From Caecitellus pseudoparvulus (Eukaryota > Protista > Bigyra: Bicosoecida): 64,000 bases of DNA. This document shows, one piece after another, positions 32,901-45,120 of the stretch; within the stretch, counting starts at the first letter, position 1; each line of letters opens with the position of its first letter. The translations under genes and the position numbers were made by a program. The notes under the pieces were generated by a model that was not told where the DNA came from, did not search any database, and saw nothing but the letters and a program-made list of their open reading frames with translations. The stretch is from contig CBFFRQ010000019.1 in assembly GCA_965644315.1 (NCBI GenBank), positions 62,001 through 126,000 on the forward strand, given 5' to 3'.

Positions 32901-35624
32901 CTCTTCTCCAGGGCGCCGGCGATGGCGGCCAGGACCGGCGGCTGGAAGGCGTTGGGGTTGCTGGCCACCACGCCGTACGCCTTGCCCGGGAAACCGCCCT
33001 TGATGTACAGGTCGATGGCGGCGAGGGCGTCCCCCTCCCCCTCCTTCAACTTGGCCGCCTTGGCTTCCTGCCCCGACGCGAGCAGGTACGAAAAGTACTC
33101 CCGCCGCATGGTGGTGGCGTTGGGGTGCCCGCGTGACTCCGCCACGCCGATGGCGTCGTCGAAGCGCAGCAGCTGCTCGTACATGTGGATGGCCTCGTCC
33201 ACCTTGTTCTGCTCCAGGAATATCGCCTCCGCGCCAGACAGGTCCCCCCGCAGCTGTGCCAGGCGGGCCCGCACCAGCCAGAAAGACTGCCCATCGCCGC
33301 CCAGCTTCTCAGCGGCCTGCGCGGCGATCTTGGAGGTCTTCTGCAAGAAACGCGCCCGTGCGACGTCGCCCAGCGCCGCGGCAGCTCGCTGCGCGACGTG
33401 CAGCTCCCCCGCCCCCAGCGCGACGTCGGACAGCTGCTGCCACATGGCCTCCGTCTCGGGGCTCATCTCCAGGCCTTCCAGGATGGCCATGGCACTCTCG
33501 TAGTGTCGGTCCTCCACCGCCGTGCCGAAGCCAATCATGCCCTCATCCAACACGTACGACGCCGTGTTCATGCCCTCGTCCACGATCACCTCCGTCTTGC
33601 CCTCTGCGCGCTCGATGTCCTCGATGTCGCCCTTGATCTCGTAGCTCGTCACCTTGTCGGGGGCGTAGATGTTGTACCACACGCACAAGTTGTTGCGCGA
33701 CTGTGCCACGACAACGTCCGACCCCGGCACCCACTGCACGTAGGTGCAGGAGGACAGCAGCGTCACACGGCTGTGCTGCACCAAGTTGTACAAGTGCAGC
33801 TTCAGTCGCTTGTCGCGGTACAGCAGCAGGTTGCACCGGCCGTTCAGCTCCAGCCAGTCCACGCGGCCCTCCACAGCCACTGTGGCCAGCGGTGACCCAG
33901 TGGCCAGGTCCATGACTCGGATGGTGGCTGCGTCCAGCATGTACGCCAGCTTCTTGTTGTCCACGGCATCCAGCCCCCCTGCTCCCGTGGCTGCCGCACC
34001 CCCCGGCACCATCGCCTCCACGGGTGGTCGCTCATTCACGCGCACTGACACGAGGTGCGGCGACATGTGCTCCGTGCGGCAACTGCCCAGTGGCTCGTTG
34101 CGGCCGTACTCGACGAGCGTCAGCTCCCCTGCCCCGTACACCATGCACACCTTGGGGTTGTCGAAGTGGAACTTCTCACCAGGCGTCGGCGTCCAGGGAA
34201 TCTCCGACAGGTTGCAGCTGGCCAGGTCACCCAGCAGCAGCGTCTCCACAGTGTTGGCCACCAGGAAACGGTCTTGGTACACGTTGATGCGGGTGATTTC
34301 GCAGCCAAAGGAGCTGCGCAGGACAATGCGCATGCCTGAGGACAGGCGCTTCACGATGACTTGGCTCAGGGACACGTAAGTGAACTCGAACTTGCCCTGG
34401 TACCGCACGCGCCTCAGGGCCGCGTCAAAGACATCCACGCCGCCACACAGCGAGCCCAGGGCGACACGGGATCCGTCGGCACGCCACGCGAGGGATGTCG
34501 CGGTGTACAGGTTGGGGATGTCCTTCACAGGGCCAGGAAGCCAGTCTTCCGAGCGTGCGTTGAAGGTGTACGTGAGCAACTTGTCGAAGTTGCCCAGCAC
34601 GACGCTCTCGCCGCTGGGGTTCACGGCGATGCTGGTAAAGGCGCGGATGCTGTCGTCGTCCTCTGCCGGCGCGTGGGTGCGCTCGATGTTGCCATCCACA
34701 GAGTAAAAGGACACCCGCCGATCTGCGCCAGCAACAATGACAGAGGAGCCCCACCCCAAGCACACGGGTGCACACATGTGCTGCGTGAACTTGGAGTGCA
34801 CTGGCCCCCGCCCGCCCTCGTCAAAGTAGAACGCGTAGATGGAGCCGTCCGCGTGCCCGCTCAGCACGGCGTGCCCGTCCGGGCTGCGAAGGGGGTGCGG
34901 TTGGCGTTTCGTTGAAAAACGCTCGGCAGCCCGTCACCGCCACGCCAGCGCAGGCACACACACACACACACACACGTCGCCCGCAGCACTTACCTGGAGC
35001 ATGTGGACACGGTGTAGCTGCCAGTCGTGTACATGGTGAGGGCCTTGTTGGTCTTGAGTTGGCCCACCTTCATCTTGCCTTCGGCAGTGCCAAACACCAC
35101 TTCCTGCGGGTGCTCAGACGGCCAGGTGATGCAGGTGACAGCCTGGCTCTGGGGGAACTTGTTGCAAATGCTCTTCTTCTCCCCCCACTCGACGCCCAGC
35201 TGCGCAGGGAGGACGGAGGGCGCAGGGGTGGGCCTGCGGAAAACGGACTCGCTCGCCACCTGCAGCGCCGCTCACATTGTACACAAACACGATGTTGTCG
35301 CTCTGGGCAATGGCCAGCATGCCCGAGTTCGGGCTCCAGGCCATGCCTGTGACGATGTACGACTTGGCGCCCTGCAGAGCGCGGGGGAGCGGGTGGCGAT
35401 GCGGGGCACTGCATGCCGTTACTGCTGCCACGCCGACGGCGCACCTTCACGGCAGGCTTGGTGGAGAAGCGATCTCGCCGCTCGCCAGCCTCATCGTACA
35501 CGTGCACCACTCGGTCTGCCGTCACCACCGCCAGCTTCTGGTTGTTGGGCGAGAAGGTGACGCTGGTCACGGCAGCGATGGCGTCGCTGGGCTCGTGCAG
35601 CGTTTTCAAGTGGGTCAGCTTCAT
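29990..35624 (-). CDS. IFT172: Intraflagellar transport protein 172; 3 introns in the 5' part
   Basis: MKLTHLKTL...[70 protein letters not shown]-like solenoid, [21 protein letters not shown] and a C-terminal zinc ribbon. Confidence 0.98.
34955..34975. repeat. (CA)~10 microsatellite inside an IFT172 intron
   Basis: Run of cacacacacacacacacacac visible in the sequence. Confidence 0.9.
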
Positions 35625-35925
35625 CGCGCCTCGTGCGAGGGGCCTGCCTCAGAACTGGACCTGTCGACTGGTCACGCACAGCGGCGCCCTGTGTGGGGCT
35701 GTCCGCGCACTTGCGTGCCTGGCACTGCGCCCTGCCTGCGAGAGGTGCAGATGCTGCTCCTCGCCACAAACCAAGGCAGCACGCCACAGGCAGCACCTTT
35801 GCAGCACCTGTGGAGCGGCTTCACACACGAATATCCCAGGCTGCACGGGGGAGTTCTCGCGGGGCGTTTGATTTGCCGCCAGCGGCACACTGCCCTCCCG
35901 GCGTTCCAGTGCGGGAGGTGCGCGT

Positions 35926-35935
35926 CAATTTCCGC
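35926..35935 (+). promoter_or_regulatory. CAATTTCCGC candidate core-promoter element ~60 nt upstream of the SulP ATG
   Basis: The same 10-mer occurs in sense orientation upstream of three other genes (20395-20404, 23902-23911, 44852-44861, all minus strand). Confidence 0.45.
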
Positions 35936-35994
35936 GGCTTGCCGCTTTGCGCCAGGGTTTGCACTTCAACTCGTGCACAGGCCACGGGGCGCCC

Positions 35995-38760
35995 ATGGCT
36001 GCACCAGAAGGCCCGCAGTTCGACCCCATCGACGCGCCAGTGCGCTCGGAGCCGACGCCGGAGCCAGGCCAGCCCCCCCGCCGCCCTGGCAAGGATGGTG
36101 GTTCGCCCAGCACTACGCAGCTCGTCGCGAGCTGGGTGGGCGCCGGCGCCATCTGCGGCCTCGTCGTCGTCATGCGCGCCATCTCCTTCGCAGCCCTCAT
36201 CTGGCCCGACAACTTGCTACCCCACGGCACTCTAGCCCTGCTGTGGGGCTCTGTCGTCGGCCAGCTGCTGGCCACCACCATCTCCGGCATGCCAGTCACC
36301 ATCATCGGGCCCTCCTCCGCCGCCCTGCCCTTCAACGCCCTCATGGCCAAGGGCATCTTCGACGCCCTGGGAGAGAAGGTGCCGCCTGCTGACCTCGCAC
36401 GTGCGGCAGTGCCCACTCTCGTCGTGGCCCAGGCCTTCGCAGCACTGGCAGTGGGTGGCACCATGCTGCTCGTCGCACGCTTTCGCCTCGCGCGCGCCTT
36501 CCAGTTCCTGCCCTACACCGTCGTGCAGGGCTTCTTCGCAGCGGTGGGCACCAGCCTGTGCCTGGGCGCCATCACCTCCACAGCCTCCAGCGGCCAGTCT
36601 AGCCTCACCTGGGCGGCGGTGGGGCGGTGGTTTCACCCCGACGCCCTCGGCCGCATCGCCGTCATGGTCCTCTTCGGCCTCGGCATGCGGGTCCTCGCCC
36701 GCACCACGGCCATCGGCAAGCACTATCTGTTCTTCCCCATGGGCACCCTCACCTCCATTGGCATTTTCTTCGCTGTTGTGTACGGCTTGCACGGCACAGG
36801 GCATTTGGCCGGCGACGACCCTGTCAGTACCGCCCAAGGTGCCGGTTGGCTCTTCAGCGCCTACGAACAGCTGGATGTCGGCGCTGTCTGGCGCATCGGC
36901 TTCGACTTCCGGGACGTGCACTGGCTGGTGATGCTGGACAACCTGCGCACCATCGTGCCCATGGTGCTCGTGACGACCGTGGACCTGGCCGTGTCGCTGC
37001 CTGCGCTGGAGGAGTGCACGGGGTTGCCCCTCAACCTGCACCGGGAGTTCGCAGTGTCAGCCCTGGCCAACCTCGCCTCCGCCTTCACTGCCAGCGGCAC
37101 GATGTACCTCACCCTGTCCAGCAGCAAACTCAACGTGGACATCTCCGTGGCACCTGGTCGCGTTCCCGCCCTCGTCAGTGCATTGGTGTGCTTCATCGCG
37201 CTGTGGGCTGGCCCGACGCTGCTCACGTGGACGCCGCGCTTCATCGTGAGTGGCATCCTGTTCTATCTGGGCAGTGGCTTCGTCCTGGAGGCGTGCTGGG
37301 ACTCGTTGAAGATGCTGTCGTACACGGAGCTCGGCATCGTCCTCAGCATGGTCGGCCTCAGCATCGCCTTCAACACCATCGAGGCAGTGGGCATCGGGCT
37401 GGCCGCCGCCTGTGCCCTCTTTGCCCTGCGCTCTGCAAAGTACACCCGCGCCACCAGCATCGTGTACGTGGCCGATGCGCGGGAAGTGCTGTCGCACATG
37501 GGGCTGAGTCTGGACGCAGACGGGTCGCTGCTCGAAGCGCCCTCTGCGACCGCTGACACTCTGGAGGAGGTCAAGGTGGCGGTGCACCCCATCCTGACGC
37601 CTGCATTCACATACCGCAAGGCCGTCGTCATCGCCCTGCGAGGGTACTTCTTCTTCGGCAACGCGCACATGCTGCGGAGTTACGTGGAGAGCCTGCTGGC
37701 CATTCACCGCATGCCCACGGGCTCCCTCCCCGACTCCCTCGAGTACCGGCCCTCCCGACCCAACGGTGCAGCAGACCTGCAGCCATCAGCACCCATCGGC
37801 ACTGCTCTGGCCGGGCCGGGCGGCTGGGGCAGCGGCATGCGCCGTGTGGCCAGCAGCGCTTCCCTGCAACACGGAGGCGCGAACTTGAGCGAACCCCTCA
37901 TCTCCCAGCCCCGCCCCCGGGCGCTGGCGAGTCGAGGCTCCTACTCCAACCTCGCAGGCATGTCTGCTGTCCTGCCGCCTGCGGACGAGATCGTCTCCCT
38001 GCACTCCCGCCGCCCAAACTGGTACGAGGTGGCGTTTCCGTGGCTGACGCAGCAGGGCAGCGAGGCTGAGGCGCCTGCGGGAGAGGTACGCCTGCCGCAC
38101 ACGCCTGTCAGTCGGAGGTTCACAGGCATGCTGCTGAGCGGCAGTGCTGCCGGCACTGGCGTGGCTGAGGCGGCCTCGCACCCGGATGCGAGGGGCGGTA
38201 CACCCCCCTCCCTGGACGCGCCGCCCGTTCCCGGCCCTCGCCGCATGGCCTCAGGCGGCAGTGTGCGCGGCCTGGAGCTGGGCCCTGTGGGAGAGGAGGC
38301 GGATGGGGAGGGAGACAGTGATGGCGAGGACGCCGCACGAGCTGTCGGGACGGGGGACGTCGAAGACCCCTCTGGACCTGTGCTGCGCAAGCTGGGTGCG
38401 GTAATTGTAGACGTCACGCGTGTGGATGGGTTGGACGCCAGTGCGTGCAGCACCGTCGCAGCCCTGCGCGTGGCATGTCGCGAGGCAGGCGTGCACCTCA
38501 TCATCGTCGGCGCCGCGCCAGAGTCCCGCCTCTCGCGGCGCCTCGTCGGCATCGGCTTCGCAGAGGTCGCAAGTGCGCCGTCGACGCACGCCGTCGAGGG
38601 GCCTCTGGACGCCGCCTCCGTGGCATCCGGCCTGACAGCCGCCATGGATGGGCCCCGCCTGGCCAAGCCCCCCCGCACAGGCGCCCTGCTGCTGCCCACT
38701 GCCCTGGACGCCATTTCATACCTGGCACACCCGAACTCCAGCGAACGTGTGGCCAGTTGA
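35995..38760 (+). CDS. SulP/SLC26-family anion transporter with a STAS domain split by a long insertion
   Basis: Many hydrophobic helices. IIGPSSA, FLPYTVVQGFFAAVG, LNLHREF...ANL, PRFIVSGILFYLG. STAS motifs LRGYFFFGNA and VIVDVTRVDGLDASA. Confidence 0.88.
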   Translation: MAAPEGPQFDPIDAPVRSEPTPEPGQPPRRPGKDGGSPSTTQLVASWVGAGAICGLVVVMRAISFAALIWPDNLLPHGTLALLWGSVVGQLLATTISGMPVTIIGPSSAALPFNALMAKGIFDALGEKVPPADLARAAVPTLVVAQAFAALAVGGTMLLVARFRLARAFQFLPYTVVQGFFAAVGTSLCLGAITSTASSGQSSLTWAAVGRWFHPDALGRIAVMVLFGLGMRVLARTTAIGKHYLFFPMGTLTSIGIFFAVVYGLHGTGHLAGDDPVSTAQGAGWLFSAYEQLDVGAVWRIGFDFRDVHWLVMLDNLRTIVPMVLVTTVDLAVSLPALEECTGLPLNLHREFAVSALANLASAFTASGTMYLTLSSSKLNVDISVAPGRVPALVSALVCFIALWAGPTLLTWTPRFIVSGILFYLGSGFVLEACWDSLKMLSYTELGIVLSMVGLSIAFNTIEAVGIGLAAACALFALRSAKYTRATSIVYVADAREVLSHMGLSLDADGSLLEAPSATADTLEEVKVAVHPILTPAFTYRKAVVIALRGYFFFGNAHMLRSYVESLLAIHRMPTGSLPDSLEYRPSRPNGAADLQPSAPIGTALAGPGGWGSGMRRVASSASLQHGGANLSEPLISQPRPRALASRGSYSNLAGMSAVLPPADEIVSLHSRRPNWYEVAFPWLTQQGSEAEAPAGEVRLPHTPVSRRFTGMLLSGSAAGTGVAEAASHPDARGGTPPSLDAPPVPGPRRMASGGSVRGLELGPVGEEADGEGDSDGEDAARAVGTGDVEDPSGPVLRKLGAVIVDVTRVDGLDASACSTVAALRVACREAGVHLIIVGAAPESRLSRRLVGIGFAEVASAPSTHAVEGPLDAASVASGLTAAMDGPRLAKPPRTGALLLPTALDAISYLAHPNSSERVAS

Positions 38761-38869
38761 AGCCGCCGCGCATAATGCAAACCCCGACACCCTGCCACTC
38801 CCCCGCCACCCGAAGGCGGCCACGCCGTAATCTGCACTGGATCGTGTGCCTGGGCGATCAGAAGGTGGC

Positions 38870-41068
38870 ATGGCGGGGGGCTTCTCCCTGTCCAGTGAGG
38901 GCGCAGTGGCGCTGCTGTGCTACGTGCCAGCCCTGCTGCTGGGCACGTGGCTGCTGGTGGAGCGCGTGCGCATCGAGTTCAAGTTCAAGCAGGCCATTCG
39001 GGCGGTGCGGCAGCCAGTGAAGCACACCATGGTGTGGATGGGCCGCCTCATCCTCCTCAGCTACCTCCTACGCCTAGCCTGGTTCCTGCTGCGAGACCCG
39101 TCCCTGGTAGGGCACAAGACTGAGTTGGAGGGCGACTGCCGCGTGGGCCTGGAGTGCAGCCCCTCCATCATCATCACGTCCATGAACAGGGTTGCCACTT
39201 TCATCCAGGTGGCGGCGTTTGGCTTGCTCAGTGCGTGGCGAGGAGCAGTGCCGTTTCGGGCGCGTTTCACCAACCCCCTTGCACTGCCACCCGCAGTCAT
39301 CTACCTCGCCCGCATCGAGCCCTTCTCCAAGGAGGCGGCAGAGGCCATGGCAGTGCCAATGGAGAATGACATTGCCCCCCCCAGCTCCAACCGAGGGTGA
39401 GCCAGCGGCGCTGCGCTGGCCGTGGGCCGTCGCGACACTCGGGCTTCACACTGTGCCGCAGGTGGTGGGACTTTTGCTTCATCTTCGGCGTCGCGTGGCT
39501 GACCATCACGCAAGTCTTCATCCTCCTCATTTCCATGTTCGACGCGAACCTGACCAAGGCACAGTGCGTGGTCTTGGCGCCGCCGCCTCGAGCGCACGAG
39601 CACTCCACATGCCTCCCCACGCCGCAGATCTGAGAACATCTACAACGTCTTCATCGTCATCATCGGCCTCCTCTTCTTCGCCATGTTCTTCGCCTTTGCG
39701 TACCAGGGCTGCAGGGTGTGGGCAGTTCTGGGCGAGTACCACGCCCACTTCAACCGGTGGCAGGATCGCACCAACGCTTCCATCCTTCACGTCACAACTG
39801 GGCCCGGTGGTGAGGGCATGCTGGCGTCGTCGTTCTCAGGGGACGCCGAGCGCCTGGGGCAGACCCTGGCCCCAGTGGCGGTCACGGGCCTGCCTCTGCA
39901 CCGTCGGTTTGTGGCCGCCCACGCACGGGGCTTGGACAGCCACCTCCCAGCCACACGCGGCCGCACATCACGCCCCGCAGCCCGGCAGACCCACAGCCCC
40001 TCCTCAGCAAAGATGGCACACCACGCCCAACTTGTCAAGTCCATCCAGGCCCGCACGCTGTTTGGCTCTGCGGGCCCAGCGCCGGAAGTGACGGGGGATT
40101 CTGCGAGCGGAATTCCGCCGCCCCCCTTCGGCGGCCGCCTCGTGAACATGCAGTGGCGCGTGCTGGCACTGACGGTGCTGAACACTGCCTCCTTCCTCCT
40201 GCGTGCAGTGCTGTTCCTGTACCGCCCCACTCTCGGCGCAGACATCACAGGCAAGTCGGGGGCCGTCCTGTACCCCTGGTTCTTCTACACGGTGCCAGAG
40301 ATCCTCAGCGGCATCGGCAGTCTCATCCTCGTCACGCCCTACGCCTTCACAACTTGCGGCTGTGGCGCAGACGCCTCCCAGCCCGTCTCCTGCTCCGGCG
40401 CCGTCAAGGACGTCGCTGCTTCACTCGGCTACTTGTTGCGGGAAGACCTGCGCGCCACCGCACGCTGCCTGTGCTGCTGCTGCCCGGGGCTGTTGGCCTC
40501 TTGCTCCCGCAGCTGCTGGGCGTGCTACCAGTCCACTGGCCAGGCGTGCTGCGGTGCGCCTGTCCTGGACGCCACCGCCGTAGCGGAGTGGCGCAAGTTG
40601 AAGCGCGTGGTGGCGGAGGGCGTGCCCGCGCGGTACTTTGAACTGGGGCCAGCGGCCATGGCTACCCTCGCAGCCATGGATGAAGACGCCCGGCATGGGG
40701 AAGCACTCGCACTGCCCCCTGGCATCTCTCGCAACCTCGCAGCCACCGGCTCTACCCAGCAGGGCATGTCCACCCCCCGGCAATGTCTGCCGGAACCCAT
40801 GTTCACAGCTCAGCCCGCCTCAAGAACGCCACAGCAGTCCACTGCCCAACAGCGGCCCACACCCTCCCCGCACAGCGACATGGCGGCGCCCCTTAGCCTG
40901 GGCCAACTGCAGCCTGTGCACAACACGATTGGGTGGCACCGGCAGCCGCTGCATGCGGTGGAGGTTGTCGTGGCACACGACACACCCCTGCTGGTGGACG
41001 ACGCCTCCTCCACCTCCTCCGGCGGCACACCAAGCGGTGTCCAGTCACCAGGGTCAGTACATGTGTGA
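38870..41068 (+). CDS. Seven-TM-like membrane protein, THH1/TOM1/GPR137 (DUF1084)-like; 3 introns
   Basis: About 7 hydrophobic helices after splicing, ending LTVLNTASFLLRAVLF...YPWFFYTVPEIL, followed by a Cys-rich cytosolic tail. The family assignment is tentative. Confidence 0.55.
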
Positions 41069-41163
41069 CTGCTCACAGGCAGTGCGGTGTATTTGAATGC
41101 ATATGTCTGCATTGCAGCCGAAAACCCGCCAGGGCAGGCGGGCGTGGTACTGGAACACGCACG

Positions 41164-44100
41164 TCACTTGTACACGATGCTCAGAGGAGTGTTCAGAGAC
41201 ACGCCCTGCGTCACCTGCACTGAGCCGTGGCCGTCCACTTCCGCGCCCTCCACATCCTCCAAGAACTCCCCTGCACGAGCGGCGGGCACAGAGGTGGTCG
41301 TAGTGCAGTCCACGTTCAGCACACAGTTCGTGGCGTCCACTGAGTAGGCAGCTGGGCGCTGGTTGCAGAAGACAGAGCCGCCCGTGGCAGGGTACCCGCA
41401 CACGTTCAGCACACGCACACTCCACAGGGTGGCGTTGGCAGGGGGCGTGTACCCGTTCACCAGCACCTTGGAGGTGATGGTGCCAGTGGGGTGCCCGGCG
41501 GAAGTGGGGCCTGCCGCGGCGGCGAAAGCCACCTGCAGGTACCGCGCGGCAGAGACAGTGTCCAGGGCGACGCCGTCATCCACAGTCAGGCTGCCCTCGG
41601 CGGTGCCGTTGTTGGCTCGCATGGCGACATGCAGGCGGAAGGCGTTGTCGCGCGCGAACGTCGTGGTCATGGCTGGGTCCTGGGCGGGCACGATGCCGCC
41701 ACCCCGCACGTGGACGTTGAGGGTGGAGATGTCTGCAGGCAGAGCCACGTGTGTGTTGGCGGCCTGCAGGCGTGCGCCGGTGAACCAGTCAAACCAGCCC
41801 TCCTGGTCGGCGGCGGCGGGTGCGTCGGGGAAGTACGCCGACACTGACGTGGCACCCTGCGTCAGGACAGGGGACACCATGAGGGAAGAGCCCCACAGGA
41901 ACTGGCGGTCCAGGGTGGGGATGACACTGGCGTCACCAGTGGGCCACTCAAAGAACAGCGGCCGCGCCACAGTGCCGCCCACGGTGTGGGCACGGAAGAA
42001 CAGCGTGTACAGATGGGGCAGCAGGGAGTACCGCAGGGTGATGGCGTCCCGGATGGCAGAGGTGTACGGCTCGCCGAAGACGTACGGCGCCTGGTCGGGT
42101 GCCCCCTTCGTGTTGTGGTTGCGGTAGAAGGGGTAGAACGCGCCCAGCTGCTGCCAGCGCGTGCACAGCTCAGCCGTGGTGCTGCCGCCGAAGCCGCAGA
42201 CGTCGGCGCCGACGAGGGGGATGCCGTACAGCTGCATGGACAGCAGGCCGGGGATGGAGTAGTACAGGTCGTCCCAGGAGGCGGTGTTGTCGCCCAGCCA
42301 GTGTCCGCCGTGCACGCCGGAGGAAGGGAAGGTGGACCGGGAAATGGTGAAGGAGCGCTCGCCGCGGATGGCTTCCAGCGCCTCCAGCGTGGCCTTGTTC
42401 TCGCTCCAGCCGTACATGTTGTGCACGTTGTAGTGCAGGGTGTTGGCTTGTGGTGCGGAAAATGACACAGTCTTGGTGTCGATCAGCTGCGCGCCGCCCT
42501 CACGGCCAGGCAGGAAGGGCGGGAACACGGCGTCAAAGCCGTCGCCCAGGGCAGGCACGGCCGCCTCGGCCCCACGCAGAGCGCTGCGGGGTGGCTGGGG
42601 CAGCGGCGTGGAGGCCACCTGTGCCATCGCGACAGGCTCCTCGAAGTCGAGCGGGGGGGTGGGCTTGCGGCACTGGCCGTTGCAGAAGTTGCTGGGCTCG
42701 TTCATGTCGATCCAGGCGCTGTCAAACGGCACCTTGTCGTGCCACAGCGTCATCTGCTGCGTCCAGTACGCGCTGGCGTTAGCGGAGAAGAAATCGGGGA
42801 ACGCCGTCAGGCCAGGCCACACACTGCCGATGAACACGCCGCCGGTGGTGTTCTTGATGAACACATTCTGGTCCAGGCCGTCATCAAAGGCGGGGTACGA
42901 GCCGGGGGTCTGGGAGGAGCTGATGGCAGGGTCGAAGATGGGCACGTAGTGCTGCCCGTGCTGGCGCAGGGTCGTGTTCACCCACTGCCCGTAGGCAGCG
43001 ACAGGGAAGCGCGTGGGGTCAGAGGTGAAGTCCAGGTGGTTGTCCATGTAATCTGCGGAGGCGGAGGGGCGGACTTCGTGGGCGTGGGCTGGGCAGGCTG
43101 CGCTGGGGGCTGAGTAATCCCGACAGCACACGCACCGATGTCGTTCCACTGCACGTCTTGAGGCAGGCCAGCGGCTCGCATGTTGTCGTTGACCTCCTGG
43201 GTGCGCTGCAGCGTCATGTACCCCCACCGGCACAGGTGGAAGCCCAGCGCCCAGTAGGGAGGCAGGAAGGGCTTGCCAATGACCTCCAAGTACTGCTGCA
43301 CGACGGCTTCGGGAGACGGCCCCGTGAAAATGTAAAAGTCCAGGACGCCGCCCAGAACGCGGTACGTGATGAAGGCGCCATCGTCGTCACTGTGGATGAC
43401 AATGTCCATGGCGTTGGAGTTCAGCAGGAACACGCCGTGCGTCGCGCCGTCCTCAGGGTTCAACACCAAGTACAGCGGCTGGCTCGCGTACAAGTTCGTG
43501 TTGCCCAGCTGGTTGTGCACGGGTGTGCCCTGGTCCCGGGCCAGCATGGTGTACACCTGGCCTGCCGTGCCGGACGTGTCCAGCTTCAGGGGCGTGATGT
43601 GCTCGCCCAGCCCGTAGATGTTGGGGTTCGTCGGCAGGTGTGTGGAGAACTCGATGTACTGGTTGCTGTAGGTGAGCGTGCCAAAGCCGCTACCAGCCTT
43701 GCCGACAGTGGAGTTGAAGAGCGTCTCGCCGCTGCTCTCGCGGGCCACCTCAATGGAGAAAGGCGCCTGCTTCACAGTGTACGTGTACTCTGTGCCGACT
43801 GGCTTGGCAGGTGGTGGCGGCGGCGTTTTCACGGGGGGCTCCCAGCGTGCCTTGGCAGCGTCGGTGATCTTGAAGTGCAGACGGGTGGGCGTCTCCTCCC
43901 ACACCTTCACGTCCAAATTGGGCACTGCGTTGCCGAAGGGCACCCGCGTGCCGCTTGCCAGGGACAGGCTGGCGCTGGTGCCGGCGGCAGTGGACGTAGA
44001 CGACACCACGTTGTAGCCCTGGGCGTAGTTCTTGGGGTAGAAGCAGTAGGGCACGCCAGTCTGGCCAGAGGCACTGGGAGACCAGCAGCAGCCTCGAGCA

Positions 44101-44678
44101 GTGCAGCCCTCCTCGCTGGCATCTTCCTGCGAGCGTGTCGGCGGCGCAAGGCGGGGTGTGCTCGAGCGTGTTGGTGGCGAGGGAAATCTCCGCGCCGTGC
44201 GCTGGAAACCAGCCCCAGCGCGGAAAGACCGAGCGCAGCACATCCCATTGACATGCACACAAGCGAAGGCCTGCCGCCTCCCGGCGAGGGACCCTGCACG
44301 GCAGCCAGCGGAACCTCCACAGCGCGCTGGAGTGTCAAGTGCACTTCACTTGGCAGACAACTTTGCGCAAGCCACAGCCTGGCACACGGCACCCACCTCA
44401 GGGTAGCAGTCCAGGCGAGAGGAGTCCACTGCTTGACACTGTTCACCAGAAGGAGCAGGGTATGAAGGGTAGAAGCACGCTGCGTCGTGCGTGCCGGCCT
44501 CCGGGTCCCAGCAGCAGCCTTGCGCGTGGCAGGCCTCCGCAGTCGGCACCACCTCTTGCTCTGGGAACTTGTACCACCAGGGGTAGCAGTCCTGGCGATC
44601 TTCGCCGGCAACGGAGCACGTCTGTGCGGCGGCCAGGGCAGCCCCTGCCGCCAGGAGCACTGCGATGTGCGCCTTCAT
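41164..44678 (-). CDS. GH31 lysosomal-type alpha-glucosidase with signal peptide and two N-terminal trefoil (P-type) domains; introns 44127-44396 and ~43053-43134
   Basis: Signal peptide MKAHIAVLLAAGAALAAA, two C...GCCW...CFYP units, IYGLGEH, PYWALGFHLCRWGY, WNDIDYMD, nucleophile motif WIDMNEPSNF, HWLGDN, GADVCGF, LGAFYPFYRNHN. Confidence 0.96.
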
Positions 44679-45120
44679 GCTGGTCGTGGCGAGGGCGAGG
44701 AGCTGCGAGCGCCTCGCAGTGCTCTCGCCAGAGGATGGCGTGCTGCTGAGTTGCAGTCCCACAGCGGGATGACCCGGTGGGTGTAGTGTACTCGAGGGTT
44801 TGGAATATGCCTGCAAGCGGGAAGCAGACAGCAGCGTCTGCTGTGTGGGCTGCGGAAATTGCTTGCACGCGCTGGAGCGCCGACTGCAGGCTGCGCGGCC
44901 CGCACATAAACCACACCAAGCCATATCCTCACAGAGTCGAGACGTACATGTCCATTGGGCTACCTTCCGCGGCATGCTCACGCCCTGTGCGCTGCGCCTG
45001 CGTGATATCAGCTGCTGCACCCTCGGCGCTCTGGGCACATCAGCTGTCGCGCTGGTGGTCCTGGCTCCACAACCACCTCCTGCCCTGGAAACACCGCAGA
45101 CACCCCCACCAGCCGCAGCC

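Noticed and set aside
31232-33136. Long antisense ORFs (634 aa opposite IFT172; also 56617-59307, 19156-20427, 16804-18069, 43158-44465)
   Set aside because: These are expected shadows of GC-rich, C/G-ending codon usage on the opposite strand, with no recognisable domains.
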